From Octopus sinensis (taxonomy: Eukaryota), in the NCBI RefSeq assembly GCF_006345805.1, contig NC_043011.1, forward strand, positions 9,362,001-9,426,000: DNA of 64,000 nt, given 5' to 3'. The notes under the pieces were generated by a model. The model was not told the DNA's origin. It did not search any database and saw nothing but the letters and a program-made list of their open reading frames with translations. Positions 62,394 to 64,000 of this stretch are shown here, one piece after another. Numbering within the stretch: position 1 is the stretch's first letter; every line of letters begins with the position of its first letter. The translations under genes were made by a program, and so were the position numbers.

Positions 62394-63661
62394 ATATATA
62401 TATAATATATATATATATTATTACATATATATATATATATATTACATATATATATATATATATATTACATATATTACATATATATATATATATTACATAT
62501 ATATATATATATATATTACATTATATTATATAATATATTACATATATTAATATATTATATATATATATATATTACATATATATATATAGTATTACATATA
62601 TTACATATATAATATATATTACATATATATAGATATATTACATATATTACATATATAATATATGACATATATAATATATATAATACATATATATATACAT
62701 CTATATATAATATATATTACATATATTACATATATATATATATATTATACATATATTATTATATTACAATATATATATATTACATATATATATTATATAT
62801 ATTACATATATTACATATATATATTATTAACATATATATATATATATTACATATATATTATATATATTTACATATAGATATATATATATTACATATATAT
62901 ATATATATATATTACATATATAATATATATTACTATATATATATATATTACAGATATTACATATATTATATTATATTGACATATATATATATATATATTA
63001 CATATATATATCTATTACATATATTACAATATTAATATATTACATATATTACATATATATAATATATATTACATATAGATATATATATATATATATATAT
63101 TAGTACATAGATATATATATATATATTACATATATATATATATATATATTACATATTTACATATATAATATATTACATATTTACATATATATACTATTAC
63201 ATATATTACATATATATATATATTACATAATTACATATATATATATATACAACATATATTACATATATAGAATATTACATATATTACATATATATATATA
63301 TTACATATATTACATATATATATATATTACATATATAGTATATATAGATGACATATATTATATATTACATATATTACAATATATAGATATGACATATATA
63401 TATATGATATATTACATATATTACAGTATATATATATATATTACGATATTACATATATTACATGATATATATATAGAATATTATTCATATATTACATATA
63501 TATATATAGGACATATAGATATATATAGATACTATATATAGGATACATATATATATATATATATTATTACATAGATAGATATTACATATATATATATATA
63601 TATATATATATAACATATATATATATACATATATATATATTATATATTACATTATATATAT

Positions 63662-63692
<31 letters not shown>

Positions 63693-63805
63693 TACATATA
63701 TATATATATATATATATACAGCATATAATATATATATATATAATATATATTACATATATTAATATATATTACATAATATATATATTACATATATATATTA
63801 CATAT
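62394..63805. repeat. (TTACATATA)n-like degenerate TA-rich array
   Basis: Directly visible, with irregular interruptions. Confidence 0.95.
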
Positions 63806-64000
63806 CATCATCTCATCATCATCATCATTTAGCGTCCGGTTTCATGCTAGCATGGGGGGGACGGTTCAACTGGGGTCTGGGGAGCCGAAGGCTGCACCAG
63901 GCCAGTCAGATCTCTGGACAGGTTTTCGACAGCTGGATGCCCTTCCTAACGCCAACCACTCCGAGAGTGTGGGGGGTGATTTTATGTGCCACCGACACAG
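63806..64000 (-). mobile_element. RTE 3' terminal block of the same subfamily as 41411-41600, running off the window
   Basis: Shares the diagnostic GGTTCAACTGGGGTCTGGGGAGCC and GATTTTATGTGCCACCGACACAG, with scattered indels. Confidence 0.85.

Overview
AT-rich, microsatellite-dense animal genomic DNA. The repeat families suggest an octopus-type cephalopod (inference). The only host gene I can support is CASK/LIN-2 (MAGUK family) on the minus strand. Six coding exons (52511-52609, 51399-51546, 29470-29610, 23445-23525, 17305-17507, 8900-8986) splice in frame into the SH3-HOOK-guanylate kinase region. The PDZ and more N-terminal exons and the last exon were not found in the window. The rest is intron filled with transposon relics: CR1/L2-like LINEs (one near-complete ORF2), RTE LINE 3' ends carrying hairpin minisatellites, an R4/Dong-like fragment, at least three tRNA-headed SINE families, three mariner relics, a non-autonomous Helitron, a 253-bp palindrome and large (TA)n/(TACA)n arrays. 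Most ORFs in the supplied track are microsatellite artefacts. The best leads are: a GC-AG 21.8-kb CASK intron with a duplicated in-frame GC donor; tandem recursive-splice-like AG|GTAAG sites; a covarying 3' stem-loop shared by LINEs, SINEs and 60-70 bp tail-only insertions in TA repeats; iterated 5'-junction copies at two RTE insertions; and CRISPR-sized (but not CRISPR) hairpin arrays in RTE 3' UTRs. I found no clearly new multi-gene system.
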